DNA from: Camelus ferus
Lineage: Eukaryota
DNA: 64,000 nucleotides
NCBI RefSeq assembly: GCF_009834535.1
Contig: NC_045696.1
Coordinates: forward strand, 70,868,001 to 70,932,000
Direction of reading: 5' to 3'
The notes under the pieces are model-generated. The model was not told where the DNA came from. It searched no databases and saw only the letters and a list, made by a program, of their open reading frames with translations. Positions within the stretch are counted from its first letter, which is position 1. Every line of letters begins with the position of its first letter. The position numbers and the translations under genes were made by a program. Shown in pieces: positions 61,481-64,000 of this stretch.

Positions 61481-62769
61481 GAGGATGGCCACCCCTCTGC
61501 CAGCACAATGGGCACATGAGCAGAGTGGCAATGAGGGCAGAGACAGGGGCTGGGCAAGGGCCCAACAGAGTGGATTCATACTTAACAAGGACAGCCTGGC
61601 TGCTGCTGACTCTGAGGTCCAACCTACCAGCAACAGTGACCTAAGGTCTCTGGTAGCAGGTTGACTACATTGGGTCCCTTCTATCCTCAAAGGTCAGGAA
61701 TAGACATCTATTCTACATTTAGGTTTGCCTTTCTTGCTCATAAGATCTCAGCCAGCACTGGTGGTTAAGGAATGCCTGATTCACAGATGTGGAATCCCAT
61801 ACAACATGCATCTGTTCTAAAAATGTACCCAGGATTTGTTTTAATCGGGTATGGTGAGACATGCAGACGTGAAAATGATTGTCGTGATGGAAAAAAAATT
61901 GATACAGATTTCTAGAAAGAAGAAGGCTTCCATGCCATGCCACATACAGGACCACATAGGGAAGGATCAGTGATGGTCAGGAGGCAGAAGAGGGGAGAGC
62001 ATGGCTTGAGCCCTCATTGGGGTTCTTGTGAGAAGGGCTGGGCAAGGCAGGGTAGGTACTCAGAGTAAGTGTAGGACTGGATTGATTTCATCAGGCTCTG
62101 GGCTATATGGCTGGTCCCTATTCATTGGTACCTGGGCAAGTTTGATAAAGGAGATAGTTGGGGAGGCAGGCTCTGGATTGGTTGGTTTGCATATCAAAGG
62201 TGCACTTGTTGGTTGTTAGCTATCTCCAGGAATTAGCGAGACCCAGGAGGGGCCATCTCCCCAACGTCAAGGCCCCAAATGCCAGAGGATCAAGAATACA
62301 GGAAGCAAAAAAATATAGACAATACAGCATCCAACCAGGGAATTCTGTTACAGCAAAGGAAGCAAAGCCCTGATCACGGGACTCACTGGTGACATCACCT
62401 TCCACACCACTCAGAGGCAGAAATCAGAGATTCAGTATCTTCTAAGGTATCCACCCAGAGGTCCCCATCCCATGTGCCCGGGTCCCACAGATCTGCCCTA
62501 GGTGAGCATTCAGCCATCTTTGGAGATATGTCACTTGGCCACTTTGTCTATTAAATCCTAGGTTTCATTGCCAGCTCTTTTTTCTTCATCAACTGTATGA
62601 GATGAAGGATTCTTTGAATATAGTTCCTTGTGCTATACAGTGGGCCCACTCCAGTTTGGTGCAAACCGTGAACAATTAAGAGGTAATTGAGAAGGGTGGC
62701 AAAAAGGTAATTGAGCACACTGAAAACTTGTGTTCCTTTCAGTATTGCATGTAATGATAGGTTTTCATA

Positions 62770-63448
62770 TTTAGGTTCTTTAAAAACTAAAAATAGAGTT
62801 ACCATATGATTAAGCAATCCCACTCTTGGGCATATATCTGGAGAAAACTCTAATTCAAAAATTACATGCACCCCAGTGTTCATAGCAGCACTTATGATAG
62901 TCAAGACAAGCAAGCAACTTAAATGTCCATCAATAGATGAATGAATAAAGAAGACGTGGTAGAAATATACAGTGGAATGTTATTTAGCCATAAAAAGGAA
63001 TGAAATAATGCCATTTACAACAACATGGATGGACGTAGAGATTATCATACTAAGTGAAGTAAGTCAGACAGAGAAAGACAAATATCATATGATATCATTT
63101 ATGTGTGGAACCTGAAAAAAAAGATACAAATAAACTTATCTACAAACCAGAAATAGACTCAGACACAGAAAACAAACTATGATTACCAAAAGGGAAAGGG
63201 GAGTGGAGAAGGATAAATCAGGAGTTTGGGATTAACATATACACATTACTATATATAAAATAGATAAACAACAACTGTATAGCATAAGGAACCATATTCA
63301 ATATCTTATAATAACCTATAATGGAAAAGAATCTGAAGGAGAATATGTGTATGTGTATATATATATATATAAATAATTTTGCTGTATGCCTGAAACTAAC
63401 ACAGCATTGTAAATCAGCTATACTTCAATTAAATAAATAAATAAACAA
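62770..63448 (+). mobile_element. L1 3' fragment (ORF2 C-terminus plus 3'UTR)
   Basis: aaactaaaaatagagttaccatatgat...atggatggacgtagagattatcatactaagtgaagtaagtcagacagagaaagac...(TAAA)n tail. Confidence 0.9.
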
Positions 63449-64000
63449 GAGACTGTCCTTCTGTCCCCAGCAGTGCTTTGTCTTGTCCCTGTAATGAGTT
63501 TTGTGAGGATGCCCACTAGGCGAGTGACACTGTAGTGTCATGGGATCCACAGAGTGTCTTCCTATCTCAGGAGCTGTGTTCCTTGTCCCCAGATAAAACT
63601 GCCAGCTGCTGGGGTGGTTTTTTATGCTGTCAATCTATCAGCCTTCCTGTCTGTCTAGCTTACTCTGTGGGTGTGGTTTCCAGGCCTCACTGAGGGGATT
63701 CCAGGCCTTCTCTGGCTGCTTCTGGAACCCAGGAGGAGGTACAGGAAGAGGAAATGGAGGAGATGAGCATGAACTGGTAGATAACCCAGTCTTCCCAGCC
63801 CCCTTACACACTGATAACTGGTAGGAAATCTCCCTTCCTTATTTTTCTTCTTAAAAAGTAGATTGTCTATCCTTGACCTTTCTCAATATTTAAGATACAG
63901 CTACTTTTAAAAGTATGGTAATAATAAACACAAAATTCAAGAAGATGAACCCCTCAGGGGTGGGGGAATGAAGGAAGCAGATGAATAAAATATGGTGGGA

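Noticed and set aside
1..64000. CRISPR array, operon, phage-defence or other prokaryote-type system
   Set aside because: The sequence is mammalian and repeat-rich; no regularly spaced direct repeats with spacers and no dense gene packing. The only reverse transcriptase is LINE-1 ORF2

Overview
Mammalian, repeat-rich, mostly intergenic 64 kb window. The tRNA-headed SINEs look like camelid Vic-1-type SINEs, so the source is probably alpaca, llama or camel (inference from recalled repeat consensus). There is one credible protein-coding gene: an intronless 295-aa multi-pass membrane protein of the TMEM45/TEDDM (DUF716) family at 26924-27811 (+), most like TEDDM3. About 9.3 kb upstream, in the same orientation (about 17565-18330), lies a heavily decayed second copy that the ORF track does not reveal. 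Also present are a processed RPS10 pseudogene split by an L1 3' fragment, a 3.6 kb fairly young but dead L1, an L1 with a probable 5' inversion, a three-layer nested LTR33>L1>ERV1-LTR insertion, a Tigger1 derivative, and many older L1/L2/MIR/MER/MaLR fragments. Non-repeat candidates include two CpG-rich patches with no gene, CTCF-like motifs bracketing the TEDDM pair, and an AT-rich homeobox-motif block that looks like a conserved enhancer. No prokaryote-type system (CRISPR, operon) is present. Repeat subfamily names and orthology come from memory and need RepeatMasker/BLAST confirmation.
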